DNA from: an uncultured Gemmatimonadota bacterium | GTDB taxonomy: Bacteria > SM23-81 | Length of the DNA: 23,196 nucleotides | Reading direction: 5' to 3' | NCBI GenBank assembly: GCA_964584035.1 | Contig: CAZOYL010000012.1 | Span: 1 to 23,196 of the forward strand | Shown here: positions 6,802 to 17,201 of the stretch, piece after piece | Position numbering within the stretch: the stretch's first letter is position 1 | How the letters are laid out: every line of letters begins with the position of its first letter | Program-made: the position numbers and the translations under genes | Notes under the pieces: model-generated | What the model was told of the DNA's origin: nothing | Database searches by the model: none | The model's input: only the letters and a program-made list of their open reading frames with translations

Positions 6802-7389
6802 TTAGGATGATATTCGGGATCCGATCCAGCGCCAGATCGGATCCCGGCCCTGGTGGGTTTTGGCCGAGAACATGATCAGGCGCTGGTCATCCACATTCAG
6901 GATCTGCCGGGCTTTCAAAAAATAGGCCATGGCTTTTCCCCGGGCCAGCTTGTCGGCCTTGGTCAGCACGATGAGGGCGGGGATGTCGTGAAAATCGAGC
7001 CATTCTAAAAGCTCCCGATCGCCCTTCATGGGCTCGTGGCGGATATCGATCAGCTGCACGACGCCGCGCAGGCAGGGACGATCCAGGAGGTACGGCTCCA
7101 CCAACGTCTGCCATCCATGCCGCTGCTCCTTCGAGACCCTGGCATAGCCATACCCCGGCAGGTCGACGAAGTGGAAGGCCCGGTTGATCAGAAAAAAGTT
7201 GAGCATTCTGGTCTTTCCGGGTGTCGAGCTGGTTTTCGCCAGCCGGTGCCGTCCCAGCAGGCTATTGATCAGGGAGGATTTTCCGACGTTGGAGCGTCCG
7301 GCGAAGGCAATTTCAGGGAAGCTGTTTTTGGGAAGGGAGTTCAGGGAGGTGAAGCTGGCCAGATATTCACAGGCGGTGACTTTGAACAT
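6802..7389 (-). CDS. engB: Ribosome biogenesis GTPase EngB/YihA/YsxC
   Basis: G1 GRSNVGKSS, TPGKT, G3 DLPGYG, G4 TKADK; usual position after lon. Confidence 0.95.
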   Translation of the reverse strand: MFKVTACEYLASFTSLNSLPKNSFPEIAFAGRSNVGKSSLINSLLGRHRLAKTSSTPGKTRMLNFFLINRAFHFVDLPGYGYARVSKEQRHGWQTLVEPYLLDRPCLRGVVQLIDIRHEPMKGDRELLEWLDFHDIPALIVLTKADKLARGKAMAYFLKARQILNVDDQRLIMFSAKTHQGRDPIWRWIGSRISS

Positions 7390-7417
7390 GGCGGGCGCTC
7401 ATCATCGGGGAGTCCGG

Positions 7418-7462
7418 AAAAAGGCCCGGCCTTTTATCGGCGGCTGATATCGCAGGCCGGGC
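7418..7462 (-). terminator. Terminator-like hairpin between lon and engB
   Basis: Minus strand GCCCGGCCT...AGGCCGGGC (9 bp, inner TATC/GATA) followed by CTTTTT. Confidence 0.5.
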
Positions 7463-7479
7463 AGGGCGAATCATTCGGT

Positions 7480-9864
7480 TTATCGGTCGGTCTCGTCGCC
7501 GGCGGGCGTAAGGGCATACTCCAAAACCTGATCCATGTTCTCCACCAGCTTAATGGACAGTCCTCGCCGGGCCTCCGGCGGGAGCTCCTTGACGTCCTTG
7601 TCGTTTTTGCTGGGCAGCAGCACGGTCTTGATGCCGGCCCGCTGGGCGGCGATGACCTTCTCGTTGAGACCGCCTACGGGCAACACCCGGCCTCGTAGAG
7701 TCAGTTCCCCGGTCATGGCCACATCGTGACGCACCGGCCGGCCGGTGAGTGCCGAGATTAAGGCGGTGGCGATGGTGATGCCCGCGGAGGGACCGTCCTT
7801 GGGAATGGCGCCCTCGGGGAGATGGATGTGAATGTCGAATTTGCGGTAGAAATCCGGTTTCAGACCCAGCATCTTGGCCCGGGAGCGAGCATAGCTGTGC
7901 GCGGCCTCCCCGGATTCCTTCATCACATCGCCTAATTTCCCGGTCAGGATCAGATTGCCCTTGCCTCGCAGGAGCATGACCTCTACGGAGAGGATCTCTC
8001 CGCCCGCTTCCGTCCAGGCCAGGCCGGTGGCGCTTCCCACCGCATCCTGGCATTCGGCCTCCGACTCATGGAAGCGGGGGGCTCCCAGATGCGTGGACAG
8101 GCGATTGCGGCTGATCTTGACGTGACCCAGGGCTTTCCTGCTGCCGGCCCGTTTTTTCACGATCTGCTTGGCCACCTTACGGCAGATGGTGGCGATCTGA
8201 CGCTCCAGATTTCTTACCCCGGCCTCTCGCGTGTACAGCCCGATGATGTCGGACAGGGCTCCCTCGGTGAAACTGACCTGTTTTTCGGTCAGGCCGTTAA
8301 GCATCAATTGCTTTGGGATCAGAAATCCCCTGGCGATGTTGCGTTTCTCGAACTCCAGATATCCCGGGAGCCTGATGATCTCCATGCGGTCCTGCAGCGG
8401 CAGGGGAATGGACGGCAGAGTATTGGCCGTGGTGATGAAGAAAACCTCGGAGAGATCGAACTCCACTTCCAGGTAGTGATCGTTGAAGGTGTTGTTTTGC
8501 TCGGGGTCCAGGACCTCCAGCAGGGCCGCGGAGGGATCGCCCCGGAAATCGACGCTCATCTTGTCCACTTCATCAAGCAGGAACAGCGGGTTCTTGCTGT
8601 GGGCTTTTTTTACGCTCTGGATGATCTTGCCCGGCATGGACCCGATATAGGTTCGCCGGTGGCCCCGGATCTCGGCCTCATCCCGGACTCCGCCCAGGGA
8701 CATGCGGACGAAGTTTCTTCCCAGCGCCCGGGCGACCGATTTGCCCAGAGAGGTTTTTCCCACCCCCGGAGGACCGACGAAGCACAGAATGGGACCGCGG
8801 ACATGTTTGGACAGCTTCATCACCGCCAGATGTTCGATGATCCGCTCCTTGGCCTTCTTCAGGCCGTAGTGGTCCTCTTCCAGGATTCGTTCGGCCTCCT
8901 CGATATCCAGTTTGTCTTTTGTCCGCTGTTTCCACGGCAGGGCCAGAAGCCAGTCGAGATAGTTACGCACCACCGTTGACTCCGGCGAGGTGGGGTGCAT
9001 TTTTTTTAATTTATTGAGCTCCGAGAAAGACTTCTCCCTGGCCTCCGGCGACATCCCGGCTTTGCGGATCCTGGCGGCATACTCGGCCGTCTCGAGCGTA
9101 TCCTCCTCCTCCGCCTCTCCCAGCTCGGCTTTGATGGCTTTCATCTGCTGCTGCAGGTAGAACTCCTTCTGGCCTTTCTCCAGCTGGCCGCGGACATGAC
9201 CGTCGATCCGTTCCTCGATCTCCAGGATCTGCTTTTCGGTGGCCAGGATCTTGTTGATCTCGATCAGCCGGCTTTTCAATTCAGTGGCCTGAAGGATTCG
9301 TTGTTTGACCTCAGGGCTCTGGATGATATGGGCTGAAAGGGTGTCGGCCAGCCGATAGGGGTTCTGGATGTTGGCGATCGACAGCAGAACCTCATCGGGT
9401 ATGCGCCGGTTGAGCTTGACGTACTCGGTGAACTGCGTCAGAACGCTCCGTGTGATGGCCTGTATTTCCAGATTTCCTTTCAGCTCCTTCTCCTCCAGGG
9501 GAGAGATTTTCGCCTTGAGAAAGCTTTTGCCGCCGACGAAACGCTTGATCTTCGCCCGGGTCATTCCCTCGATGAGAATCTTGATGGTCTCGTTGGGAAG
9601 ACGAAGGATCTGAATCACCCGGGCCACGATGCCCATGCGGTACAAGTCATCCTTGGTGGGGACTTCGACGCCGGGATCCTTCTGGGTGCACAGCAGGATC
9701 TGGCGATCCAGCATCATAGCTTCCTGCAGAGCGGTGATGGAGATCTGGCGGCCCACCATGAGGGGAAAGATCATGTAAGGGAAAATGACCACGTCCCGCA
9801 GCGGCAGGATGGGGAGCGTTTCGTGAAGCTCCAGATGTTCGCCTTCTCGTTTGATGGAGACCAT
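7480..9864 (-). CDS. lon: ATP-dependent protease La (LonA)
   Basis: N-domain [13 protein letters not shown], Walker A GPPGVGKT, Walker B LLDEVDK, catalytic PKDGPSAG and GGLNEK. Start taken at MVSIKRE (9864), downstream of the clpX stop. Confidence 0.97.
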   Translation of the reverse strand: MVSIKREGEHLELHETLPILPLRDVVIFPYMIFPLMVGRQISITALQEAMMLDRQILLCTQKDPGVEVPTKDDLYRMGIVARVIQILRLPNETIKILIEGMTRAKIKRFVGGKSFLKAKISPLEEKELKGNLEIQAITRSVLTQFTEYVKLNRRIPDEVLLSIANIQNPYRLADTLSAHIIQSPEVKQRILQATELKSRLIEINKILATEKQILEIEERIDGHVRGQLEKGQKEFYLQQQMKAIKAELGEAEEEDTLETAEYAARIRKAGMSPEAREKSFSELNKLKKMHPTSPESTVVRNYLDWLLALPWKQRTKDKLDIEEAERILEEDHYGLKKAKERIIEHLAVMKLSKHVRGPILCFVGPPGVGKTSLGKSVARALGRNFVRMSLGGVRDEAEIRGHRRTYIGSMPGKIIQSVKKAHSKNPLFLLDEVDKMSVDFRGDPSAALLEVLDPEQNNTFNDHYLEVEFDLSEVFFITTANTLPSIPLPLQDRMEIIRLPGYLEFEKRNIARGFLIPKQLMLNGLTEKQVSFTEGALSDIIGLYTREAGVRNLERQIATICRKVAKQIVKKRAGSRKALGHVKISRNRLSTHLGAPRFHESEAECQDAVGSATGLAWTEAGGEILSVEVMLLRGKGNLILTGKLGDVMKESGEAAHSYARSRAKMLGLKPDFYRKFDIHIHLPEGAIPKDGPSAGITIATALISALTGRPVRHDVAMTGELTLRGRVLPVGGLNEKVIAAQRAGIKTVLLPSKNDKDVKELPPEARRGLSIKLVENMDQVLEYALTPAGDETDR

Positions 9865-9890
9865 GATCTCGTTTGACTCCCGTGATGATG

Positions 9891-11129
9891 TCAGGCCCGC
9901 TTTTTCTTTTCCGAAGCGACGGAGTAGACCGGTTCGGCGCCGGCCGTGACCACCTCTTCGGTGATCAGGCACTCGATGATATCGGATCGAGACGGCAGGT
10001 GGTACATGATGTCCAGCATGACCGATTCCATGGCGCTGCGCAGCCCCCGGGCGCCGGTCTTGCGCTCTTTGGCGATCCGTACCACCGCCTGGAACGCTTC
10101 CGGGGAAAAGGTCAGCTTGACGTCCTCCATCTCGAAGTATTTCTGGTATTGCTTGGTGATGGCATTTTTCGGTTTGACCAGGATGTCCATCAGCGCGCTC
10201 TCGTCAAGTTCATCCAGGGTGGCGATGACCGGAATGCGTCCGATGATCTCGGGGATGAAACCGTATTTCAACAGGTCTTCCGTGCGCACCTGAGACAGGA
10301 TTTCGCCGATCCCCTTATCTCCCCGGCTCGAGCTGGGCGCCCCGAAGCCAACTACTTTGCGGTGAAGGCGGCGGGCGATGATGTTTTCCAGGCCGTCGAA
10401 GGTGCCCCCGCAGATGAACAGGATATTCTTGGTGTTGACCTGCAGCAGAAACTGCTCGGGGTGCTTTCGTCCGCCCTTGGGCGGAACATGGGCCACCGTG
10501 CCCTCCAGGATTTTCAGCAATGCCTGCTGAACGCCCTCTCCGGAAACGTCCCGGGTGATGGAGGGATTGGCCTCCTTGCGGGCGATTTTGTCGAGCTCGT
10601 CAATGTAGACGATGCCCTGTTCGGCCCGGGCAATGTCGTAATCGGCGGCCTGAATGAGCCGCACCAGGATGTTCTCGACGTCCTCGCCGACGTACCCGGC
10701 CTCGGTCAGCACGGTGGCGTCGGCGATCGAAAATGGCACGTGCAGGTAACGGGCCAGGGTCTGAGCCAGCAGCGTCTTGCCGACCCCGGTGGGGCCGATC
10801 ATCAGGATGTTGCTTTTTTCCAGATCTACATCGTCTGATTCGGGCTGATACTGGATGCGCTTATAATGATTATACACGGCCACAGCCAGTGTTTTCTTGG
10901 CCCGATCCTGCCCGATGACATACTCGTCCAGATAAGCCCGGATCTCCTCCGGAATGGGCAGCGGCATTTTGGCGTGCTCGGCCCGGGCCTCGGTCTGGAG
11001 TAATTGTCCGCAGATGTGTACGCACTCCTGGCAGATGTTGACGGAATGTCCGGTGATCAACCGGCCCGCCTCCGCTTTCGATTTGCCGCAAAAGGAGCAC
11101 TTCTGTTCCTGGATTTTTTCTGTCGTCAT
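9891..11129 (-). CDS. clpX: ATP-dependent Clp protease ATPase subunit ClpX
   Basis: Zn-binding CSFC...CQEC, Walker [33 protein letters not shown] loop, GARGLR. Start at MTTEKIQ. Confidence 0.97.
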   Translation of the reverse strand: MTTEKIQEQKCSFCGKSKAEAGRLITGHSVNICQECVHICGQLLQTEARAEHAKMPLPIPEEIRAYLDEYVIGQDRAKKTLAVAVYNHYKRIQYQPESDDVDLEKSNILMIGPTGVGKTLLAQTLARYLHVPFSIADATVLTEAGYVGEDVENILVRLIQAADYDIARAEQGIVYIDELDKIARKEANPSITRDVSGEGVQQALLKILEGTVAHVPPKGGRKHPEQFLLQVNTKNILFICGGTFDGLENIIARRLHRKVVGFGAPSSSRGDKGIGEILSQVRTEDLLKYGFIPEIIGRIPVIATLDELDESALMDILVKPKNAITKQYQKYFEMEDVKLTFSPEAFQAVVRIAKERKTGARGLRSAMESVMLDIMYHLPSRSDIIECLITEEVVTAGAEPVYSVASEKKKRA

Positions 11130-11212
11130 CCTGTCACCGCATTCTAAAAAGGAAAAGGGCCATTGTGTCGTTTGACAACAGGGCCCCGAATCTACGAGGT
11201 TGTTTATCGCTG

Positions 11213-11797
11213 TCACTGTTTTTTAACGATGACCTCATCGATGAGGCCGTACTTCTTCGCCTCTCCGGCGGACATGAAGTAGTTTCGATCGGTGTCTTTT
11301 TCGATCTTTTTCAATGGCTGACCGCTGTGCTCGGCAAGAATGCTGTTCATCCTGCTGCGGAGAATGAGGAGCTCTTTGGCGTGAATTTCGATATCCGCGG
11401 CCTGTCCCTGAACGCCGCCCCAGGGCTGGTGAATCATGATCCGGGAATGGGGCAGAGCGGAGCGCTTTCCTTTTGTTCCTGCGCAGAGCAGCAGCGCGCC
11501 CATGCTGGCGGCCTGTCCCATGCAGATGGTGGCCACGTCGGAGCGGATATATTGAATGGTATCGTAGATGGCCAGCCCCGACGAGACATGCCCGCCCGGG
11601 CTGTTGATGTAGAGAAAAATATCCTTTTCCGGGTCCTCGGCCTCCAGAAACAGCATCTGAGCGATGACCAGATTGGCCACGCTGTCATCGATCACGTGAC
11701 CGATAAAGATGATGCGGTCCTTCAGCAGCCGGGAGAAGATATCGTAAGCCCGCTCTCCTCGCGCGCTCTGTTCGACCACGATGGGAATCAGATTCAT
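11213..11797 (-). CDS. clpP: ATP-dependent Clp protease proteolytic subunit ClpP (194 aa)
   Basis: [41 protein letters not shown] (Ser98), MIHQP (His123), DTDRNYF (position 172 is Asn). Confidence 0.97.
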   Translation of the reverse strand: MNLIPIVVEQSARGERAYDIFSRLLKDRIIFIGHVIDDSVANLVIAQMLFLEAEDPEKDIFLYINSPGGHVSSGLAIYDTIQYIRSDVATICMGQAASMGALLLCAGTKGKRSALPHSRIMIHQPWGGVQGQAADIEIHAKELLILRSRMNSILAEHSGQPLKKIEKDTDRNYFMSAGEAKKYGLIDEVIVKKQ

Positions 11798-11825
11798 GGG
11801 GTACCCCCGGGCAGCAGATGGATTT

Positions 11826-13145
11826 CTATTTTGCGCTGACAGATGGGTTCGACCGGTCATCCGCCCTGCCGGCTTGATTCTCTTTCTCCGGAACGGTGAT
11901 GACATTCGATTCGGCGATCAGGAAATTCAACAGCTTCTCTTCCAGGATGTTGCGCCGGAGCCGGTTCAACTGATCCGATCGGGTCAGGTGAGCGGATAAC
12001 TCCTTTGGATCGAGGTTCCGCGATGCGGCCATGGCCGTCACTCTGTCCTCCAGTTCCTGGTCGCTGACCTCGATCTTCTCCTGTTTTTCGATCTCGTCCA
12101 GGATGAACCAGCGTTTGACGGCCCGGACGGCCAGCGGCTGGTAGGAGCGCCTGAGCTGATCTCGATCTTCGTCTTTCCCTTCACCGGGATGGAGGTCGGA
12201 GATGAGAGACTCGACATATCCGGCCACCATGGATTCCGGCACCTCGAAGGGATTCTTCTCGATGATCTGCTCGATGATTGCCTCCTGAGCTTCCCGCGCG
12301 GCCTTCTGTTCCTCCTGGTCCTGGAGACTCTTTCGCACGCCCTCTTCGAGCTCCTTTATGCTCTTATAGTCGCCCATCGAGCGGGCGAATTCGTCGTCCA
12401 GTGCGGGGAGTGTCTTTTTAGTGATCTCCTTGACCTTGAGAAGGTAAGAGATCGTCTGGCCGGCCAGCTCTTTGGTGGGATGATCCGCCGGATAGGTTAC
12501 CGTGACCCGCCTTTGATCGCCCACATTGGCGCCCACCAGGGCTTGCCGGTATTCCTTGATGATGTGCGGAGCGCTCAGATCGATGGGTATGTCCTTGGTC
12601 TGGTGCCCGACGATGGGAATTCCGCCCTGATCCACCCTCCAGGAATCCACCAGAAGGATATCCGTTTCCCCGGCGCTCTCTTTCGACGGCTCGACGGTGG
12701 CGTGTCGCTCCTGGAGCGCCCGCAGGCTCCGTTCGATGTCCTCTTCGGCGATATGGATCTCCCGTTTCTCGACCGGAAAACCGGTATAACGGTTCAGCTT
12801 GATGTCCGGCCTGATCTCGACGGTGGCTTTGAAGGTGAGAGGTTCATCGGGCGCGAAGTGGACCTCGTCGATGACCGGCTGGGCAACGGGATCGATCTTT
12901 TCCTGGCGCAGGGCCTGTTCCCATGCCTGGGGAATGAGCTCCTCCAGGACGGATTGCTCCACCGCACCGGCGTACCGCGCCTTGAGGATCGAGAGAGGCG
13001 CTTTGCCCTTACGGAATCCGGGGATGACGGCTCGTTTGCGATATTCCCCGTAGGCCGACTGGAGCTGATCGTTAACCCTCTGAGCCGGCACCTCTATCTC
13101 CAGAACTCTTTGCCAGGTTTTTGGTTCTTTGGTTGTGACCTTCAA
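11826..13145 (-). CDS. tig: Trigger factor
   Basis: Ribosome-binding motif [14 protein letters not shown]-like middle domain, LDDEFA; TTG start at 13145 with GAGG RBS; upstream of clpP. Confidence 0.93.
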   Translation of the reverse strand: MKVTTKEPKTWQRVLEIEVPAQRVNDQLQSAYGEYRKRAVIPGFRKGKAPLSILKARYAGAVEQSVLEELIPQAWEQALRQEKIDPVAQPVIDEVHFAPDEPLTFKATVEIRPDIKLNRYTGFPVEKREIHIAEEDIERSLRALQERHATVEPSKESAGETDILLVDSWRVDQGGIPIVGHQTKDIPIDLSAPHIIKEYRQALVGANVGDQRRVTVTYPADHPTKELAGQTISYLLKVKEITKKTLPALDDEFARSMGDYKSIKELEEGVRKSLQDQEEQKAAREAQEAIIEQIIEKNPFEVPESMVAGYVESLISDLHPGEGKDEDRDQLRRSYQPLAVRAVKRWFILDEIEKQEKIEVSDQELEDRVTAMAASRNLDPKELSAHLTRSDQLNRLRRNILEEKLLNFLIAESNVITVPEKENQAGRADDRSNPSVSAK

Positions 13146-13228
13146 TTTGCGCCTCGCTTGAAAACCCGCTGGTTGCTGTCCGGGGTGAAATTCACCGTGC
13201 CATGCTGTCCGAATCGAACCCGACAGAG

Positions 13229-13310
<82 letters not shown>

Positions 13311-13395
13311 CGGGATCCCTCGGGGAAGGACACACGAAAGGGGTCACGAGCGGCTGACCTGCGGCCGCCAGCCGGTTGACCATACGGATATAACT

Positions 13396-13424
13396 AATTT
13401 AATTGGCGGTCCGAGGGAAGTCAA
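13396..13424 (-). promoter_or_regulatory. Sigma-70 promoter for the tRNA-Leu-tig-clp operon
   Basis: Minus strand TTGACT-17 nt-TAAATT. Confidence 0.65.
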
Positions 13425-13446
13425 GGGTTAAAGGGGAATTGGTCGA

Positions 13447-14343
13447 TCAGCCGAAAAACATGAGGACGGCGCCGGAGAAGGCCAGGACGATGGCCGTGGT
13501 CCGCCGCGCGGTGATGGGCTCATGAAGCAGGAGCGCGGCGAAGATGAACACGAAAATGGTGCTGGTTTGATTCAGAGCCGCCGCAATGGAGGCCTGGGTG
13601 AATTTCATCCCGGCCAGCCAGATCAGCATGGCCAGATAGGTTCCCACGAAAGCCCCGCCGATCATGTAGCCCCTTCCCTGCTTGCCCGACAGGGTGGCCA
13701 GGCTGCGCCGGCCGGCGGGGAACAGGGCGGCGATCAGCAGCAAGCCTGCCAGGCCGCCGAACAGGCGTATCTGCAGGGTCCAGAGCAGCGGGGAACGATT
13801 TAACAGCGGCTTGATCATGACGATGCCGACGGCCGTGGCGGCCGTGGACAGCACCCCCCACAGTATGCCCCACAGGAGGTCGCCGCGGGCAATGTTCTCT
13901 GTGCGGTGAAATCGGGAAGTCAGCAGCACCGCCGAGAGGATGATCAGCGCTCCGATACCCTGAAAAAGCGACAGTCTCTCCCCCAGCCAGAGCATCGACA
14001 GGCCGATGATGAAGGGGCTGTAAAGGCAGACCACGATGGCCGATATCCCGGCGCCCATGCGGTTGAGACTTTTAAAGAAGAAGGTGTCCCCGAAGCCGAT
14101 GCCCAGCACGCCGCTGAGCATTACCAGGAGATAGTCCTCCAGGGGCACCGGACGGATCAGCCGCTCGCCCAGCAGCCACATGGTGGGCAGGAAGAGGGCG
14201 GCGGCCAACACGTTTTTGAAGATGTTCAGTCCCAGAGGATGGTAGGTTTCGCCGCTTTTCTTGAACAGGATAACGGCCAGGGCCCATATCACGGCCGTCA
14301 ACAGCGCCAGCGTCTGTCCGAAGTAGGGGAAGGTCTCAGCCAA
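13447..14343 (-). CDS. DMT/EamA family transporter
   Basis: About 10 hydrophobic segments in two homologous halves (…LWLGERLS… and …LLLHEPIT…); TTG start with AAGGA RBS. Confidence 0.88.
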   Translation of the reverse strand: MAETFPYFGQTLALLTAVIWALAVILFKKSGETYHPLGLNIFKNVLAAALFLPTMWLLGERLIRPVPLEDYLLVMLSGVLGIGFGDTFFFKSLNRMGAGISAIVVCLYSPFIIGLSMLWLGERLSLFQGIGALIILSAVLLTSRFHRTENIARGDLLWGILWGVLSTAATAVGIVMIKPLLNRSPLLWTLQIRLFGGLAGLLLIAALFPAGRRSLATLSGKQGRGYMIGGAFVGTYLAMLIWLAGMKFTQASIAAALNQTSTIFVFIFAALLLHEPITARRTTAIVLAFSGAVLMFFG

Positions 14344-14404
14344 TAGTATCGTTCCTTAATAGCGTTCATCGTGCCGGGCTTTCCGGTTTTCTCACGGCAC
14401 GGGT

Positions 14405-16879
14405 TTATTTTAAAAGAACCATCTTCCGGGTCTCCTGGTGATGGCCCGCCGTCAGCCGGCACAGATAGATGCCGCTGGCCAGGTCCTCGGCCCGGAAGAT
14501 CACCCGGTGCCGGCCGGCTTCCATGGGGCCGTCCAGCAATGTTTTGACATGCTGCCCCAGGGTGTTGAACACCGCCAGGCTGACCCGTTCCGACCGGCCG
14601 AGATAAAAACAGATCTGCGTGGCCGGATTGAAGGGATTGGGAAAATTCTGCTCCAGGCCGAACTCCTCCGGCATCGTCGAGGACGATCCCCGGGGGATAC
14701 CGGTGGCGATGAAGCTGGCCGTGAAATCGTCCAAAAAAACGGTCCCGGAGTCCTTGGCGGCCTCATCGGTCTCCGCCAGATAGATTCTTTTCCAGGTGAT
14801 GGGGAAGGTCAGGACCGCGGAAGGGTTTCCCCAGTGAACGATGGCCTCATCCAGGGGCACTTCCAGATACTGCCAGGTCTCGATCCAGTCGATGCCCGGG
14901 CTGGCGGTGGTGAAGTCGACCAGGAACTTTTCCTCATCGTCATCCTCGAATTCCCCCCGGAGCCAATGTCCTTTTCCGTCTCCGTGCACATGGATGCCGA
15001 TGGCATCGGGCGTCCCGGAGATGGGGATGGAGCAATTGAGATACAGAGCGCTGGTCCCGCCTGTCTGGAGGCTGTAATGGAGCCGGCCGGAGGCCGGCGG
15101 GGAGACGGTCGTCGAGCTGTCAAGGGATAGGCCGCATTCCGAGAGTTCCACTCGCGTTCCCGAGAGGCTCCAGGCGGACAGATCGCTGAAATCGTCCACG
15201 ATCACATCGGTGGGGGTGCCCACCGAGACGGCCGTGCTGCCGGCCACCGATCGGTATTCGGCCAGGATCGTTCCGTCTCCCGGCTGAGTGGCCGTGAACA
15301 TTCCGCCGGAGCTGATCGTGCCCATGTCGCCGATCACCGACCAGGCATAGTCATCCGTAGCCAGCTCGATGACGTTCTGGTAGGCGTCCCGGGCCAGCGG
15401 CGTGATGGCCTGCTGTTCGCCCACCTCCAGGATGATGGGGCTGGGCTGCAGCTCGATCGAGGCGATATCGGTGATATATACCCGCGCCGTATCCCGGACC
15501 GCCCCGTGATGTGCGTAAACCTTCCCGGCTATCTGATCGCTGCCGGCGGTGAACAGGCCGTTTTCGTCGACGGTCCCCAGGACGGTGTCGCAGCTCCAGG
15601 ATATTGAATCAGGAGAGACGGATACCGGGTTATAGTATTGGTCGAAGCCCTCTACGGAAAAGTGCACCTGAGTCTCCACCAGGGCATAGACCTCCGCAGG
15701 GTCGATGCGCAGGACGGCCAGGGGTCCGGTGGGGGCGGTGCTGACGGCCATCAGGGCATTGGCCACCGATCGTTCCCCGCCGGCATCGGAGGGGCTGTTG
15801 ACCACCGCTCCGCGGACCACCATGGTGGTGGAGCCGCCGCCGTCCAGACTGACACCCTGGAAGACATCCCACTCCAGCATGTAATCGGCCAGCTCGTAGA
15901 GGGACATCCCCAGGCTGTATCCCGTCTGCCGTCCGTCGACAGTGAACAGGTATGCCTTTGTGGAATCCTGGGAAAAACCCACAGCTGTTCTGGGATGGCG
16001 ATCGAAGGTGTGACTCTGGCCAAATCCCTCGGCCGCCGATTCCACGCTGGCGATTCCGTCCCGGATCAGCCGCGGGCCGCCCCCGATGAGCTCGGTGATG
16101 GCAACCGGAGCGGGAGGTAATCCCAGGAACAGGGCCAGGGTGTCTCCGATAAAGACGTGTTCGTTGAGGAAATCGCGGGCGGTATCGTGCCCGGAAAGCA
16201 CCAATCCATCCGGGGGAATGACATTATTCCCGTGCCCGGGCTCAAGAATGCTGTCCTTGGCGGTGGCCACCACCCGGAAGGTGTCGTTGACGGCCGCCGG
16301 CCCGTTCAGGTAGGCGGCCGTGATCTCGGTACCCCAATAGTTCGTTCCGGTGGATGATCCATAAAATCGGTTAAAGACGACCAATTCGTTATCGTCCCGG
16401 ACCTCGTTGAGGCCGTGGATCTGTGCGGAGGATCCGGCGGAAGACAACAGGCTGCCCTGGAAACTGACCACCTCAAGAAAAGGGTCTCCTTCCTCGCCGA
16501 CCCCGAAGACGGACCGGTTGGAAGCCGGCATCTTCAGGGGCACCCCGCCGATGACCTGCGTGCCGATGGGAATCCCGCTGGAGGCGTAGAAATCACCGTT
16601 CACGGCGCCCACGACGCGATGTGCCTCGCGGTCATTTCTGCCGGCCATGGCGGAGGTTCTCTCATAGCCTGACAACCGGTCATTGGCCTTGACCGTTTCC
16701 AGGACGATCCAGCTCTGGGAGAGGTCGATCTCCAGCACGTGCAGGTGCCACGGCCCGCCCTCCCGGAATTCATGGTGGTGCACCACACCGGGCCCCACCG
16801 GCGTACTCTCGATGAAATCGGCGCCGGACGGCCGGGCCAGCAGCATGAGAGCCAACAGTACCAGCATCTTCTTCGGCAT
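14405..16879 (-). CDS. Secreted phosphodiester glycosidase (NAGPA/DUF2233) family protein with Ig-like repeats, a putative carbohydrate-binding domain and a T9SS/Por-type C-terminal domain
   Basis: Sec signal peptide; VNGDFY, GGGPRL, RHPRTAVG, VDGRQ, LDGGGSTT and ERSVANAL family motifs; C-terminal LEQNFPNPFNPAT...LASGIYLCRL...TRKMVLLK. Confidence 0.88.
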   Translation of the reverse strand: MPKKMLVLLALMLLARPSGADFIESTPVGPGVVHHHEFREGGPWHLHVLEIDLSQSWIVLETVKANDRLSGYERTSAMAGRNDREAHRVVGAVNGDFYASSGIPIGTQVIGGVPLKMPASNRSVFGVGEEGDPFLEVVSFQGSLLSSAGSSAQIHGLNEVRDDNELVVFNRFYGSSTGTNYWGTEITAAYLNGPAAVNDTFRVVATAKDSILEPGHGNNVIPPDGLVLSGHDTARDFLNEHVFIGDTLALFLGLPPAPVAITELIGGGPRLIRDGIASVESAAEGFGQSHTFDRHPRTAVGFSQDSTKAYLFTVDGRQTGYSLGMSLYELADYMLEWDVFQGVSLDGGGSTTMVVRGAVVNSPSDAGGERSVANALMAVSTAPTGPLAVLRIDPAEVYALVETQVHFSVEGFDQYYNPVSVSPDSISWSCDTVLGTVDENGLFTAGSDQIAGKVYAHHGAVRDTARVYITDIASIELQPSPIILEVGEQQAITPLARDAYQNVIELATDDYAWSVIGDMGTISSGGMFTATQPGDGTILAEYRSVAGSTAVSVGTPTDVIVDDFSDLSAWSLSGTRVELSECGLSLDSSTTVSPPASGRLHYSLQTGGTSALYLNCSIPISGTPDAIGIHVHGDGKGHWLRGEFEDDDEEKFLVDFTTASPGIDWIETWQYLEVPLDEAIVHWGNPSAVLTFPITWKRIYLAETDEAAKDSGTVFLDDFTASFIATGIPRGSSSTMPEEFGLEQNFPNPFNPATQICFYLGRSERVSLAVFNTLGQHVKTLLDGPMEAGRHRVIFRAEDLASGIYLCRLTAGHHQETRKMVLLK

Positions 16880-16955
16880 GAAAACGCTCCCGATTGAGGT
16901 ACGGTTGATCGCATCGAATCGATGTGATCACTCATCGTGGTTCGGCATCCCCAGA

Positions 16956-16984
16956 ATGATACCCTAAGAGAATGGCGCTGTCAA
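16956..16984 (-). promoter_or_regulatory. Sigma-70 promoter for the phosphodiester glycosidase gene
   Basis: Minus strand TTGACA-17 nt-TATCAT. Confidence 0.75.
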
Positions 16985-17125
16985 TGAAAAAGTCCGCCGG
17001 CCCCTGCGGAATGATACGTTTATGAAAGCGCTCTCTGGATCGACCCGCTCGCTGCAGGCGGCATGAAATTCTCTGTGTGAGCGGGATCCGGATCGGATCG
17101 TGAACCAGGCCGGGAGAGAAAGGGC

Positions 17126-17154
17126 TTGTTTTCAGCGAAGGAATACTCTAAATT
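17126..17154 (+). promoter_or_regulatory. Possible sigma-70 promoter for the EEP nuclease gene
   Basis: TTGTTT-17 nt-TAAATT, about 45 nt upstream of the start. Confidence 0.45.
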
Positions 17155-17201
17155 ATCGGTAGTCTTTCCGTCCGTCTGAGGCCGCTTCCACGGGAGTGCC
17201 T

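Noticed and set aside
5514..6875. Long antisense and alternate-frame ORFs (for example 5514-6875+, 5605-6786-, 8068-8979+, 9873-10838+, 12189-13277+, 20544-21482+)
   Set aside because: They overlap well-supported genes and show no recognisable motifs; such shadow ORFs are expected in high-GC coding DNA.
13205..13226. GGGTTCGATTC T-loop-like sequence just 3' of tRNA-Leu, as an att-site remnant or second tRNA
   Set aside because: It has no proper T-stem, does not duplicate the tRNA 3' end and has no integrase nearby; it is better explained as a simple hairpin.
16984..17068. Three ATGAAA hexamers about 40 bp apart in the divergent promoter region
   Set aside because: Too short and irregularly spaced to support a binding-site array or a CRISPR-like repeat.
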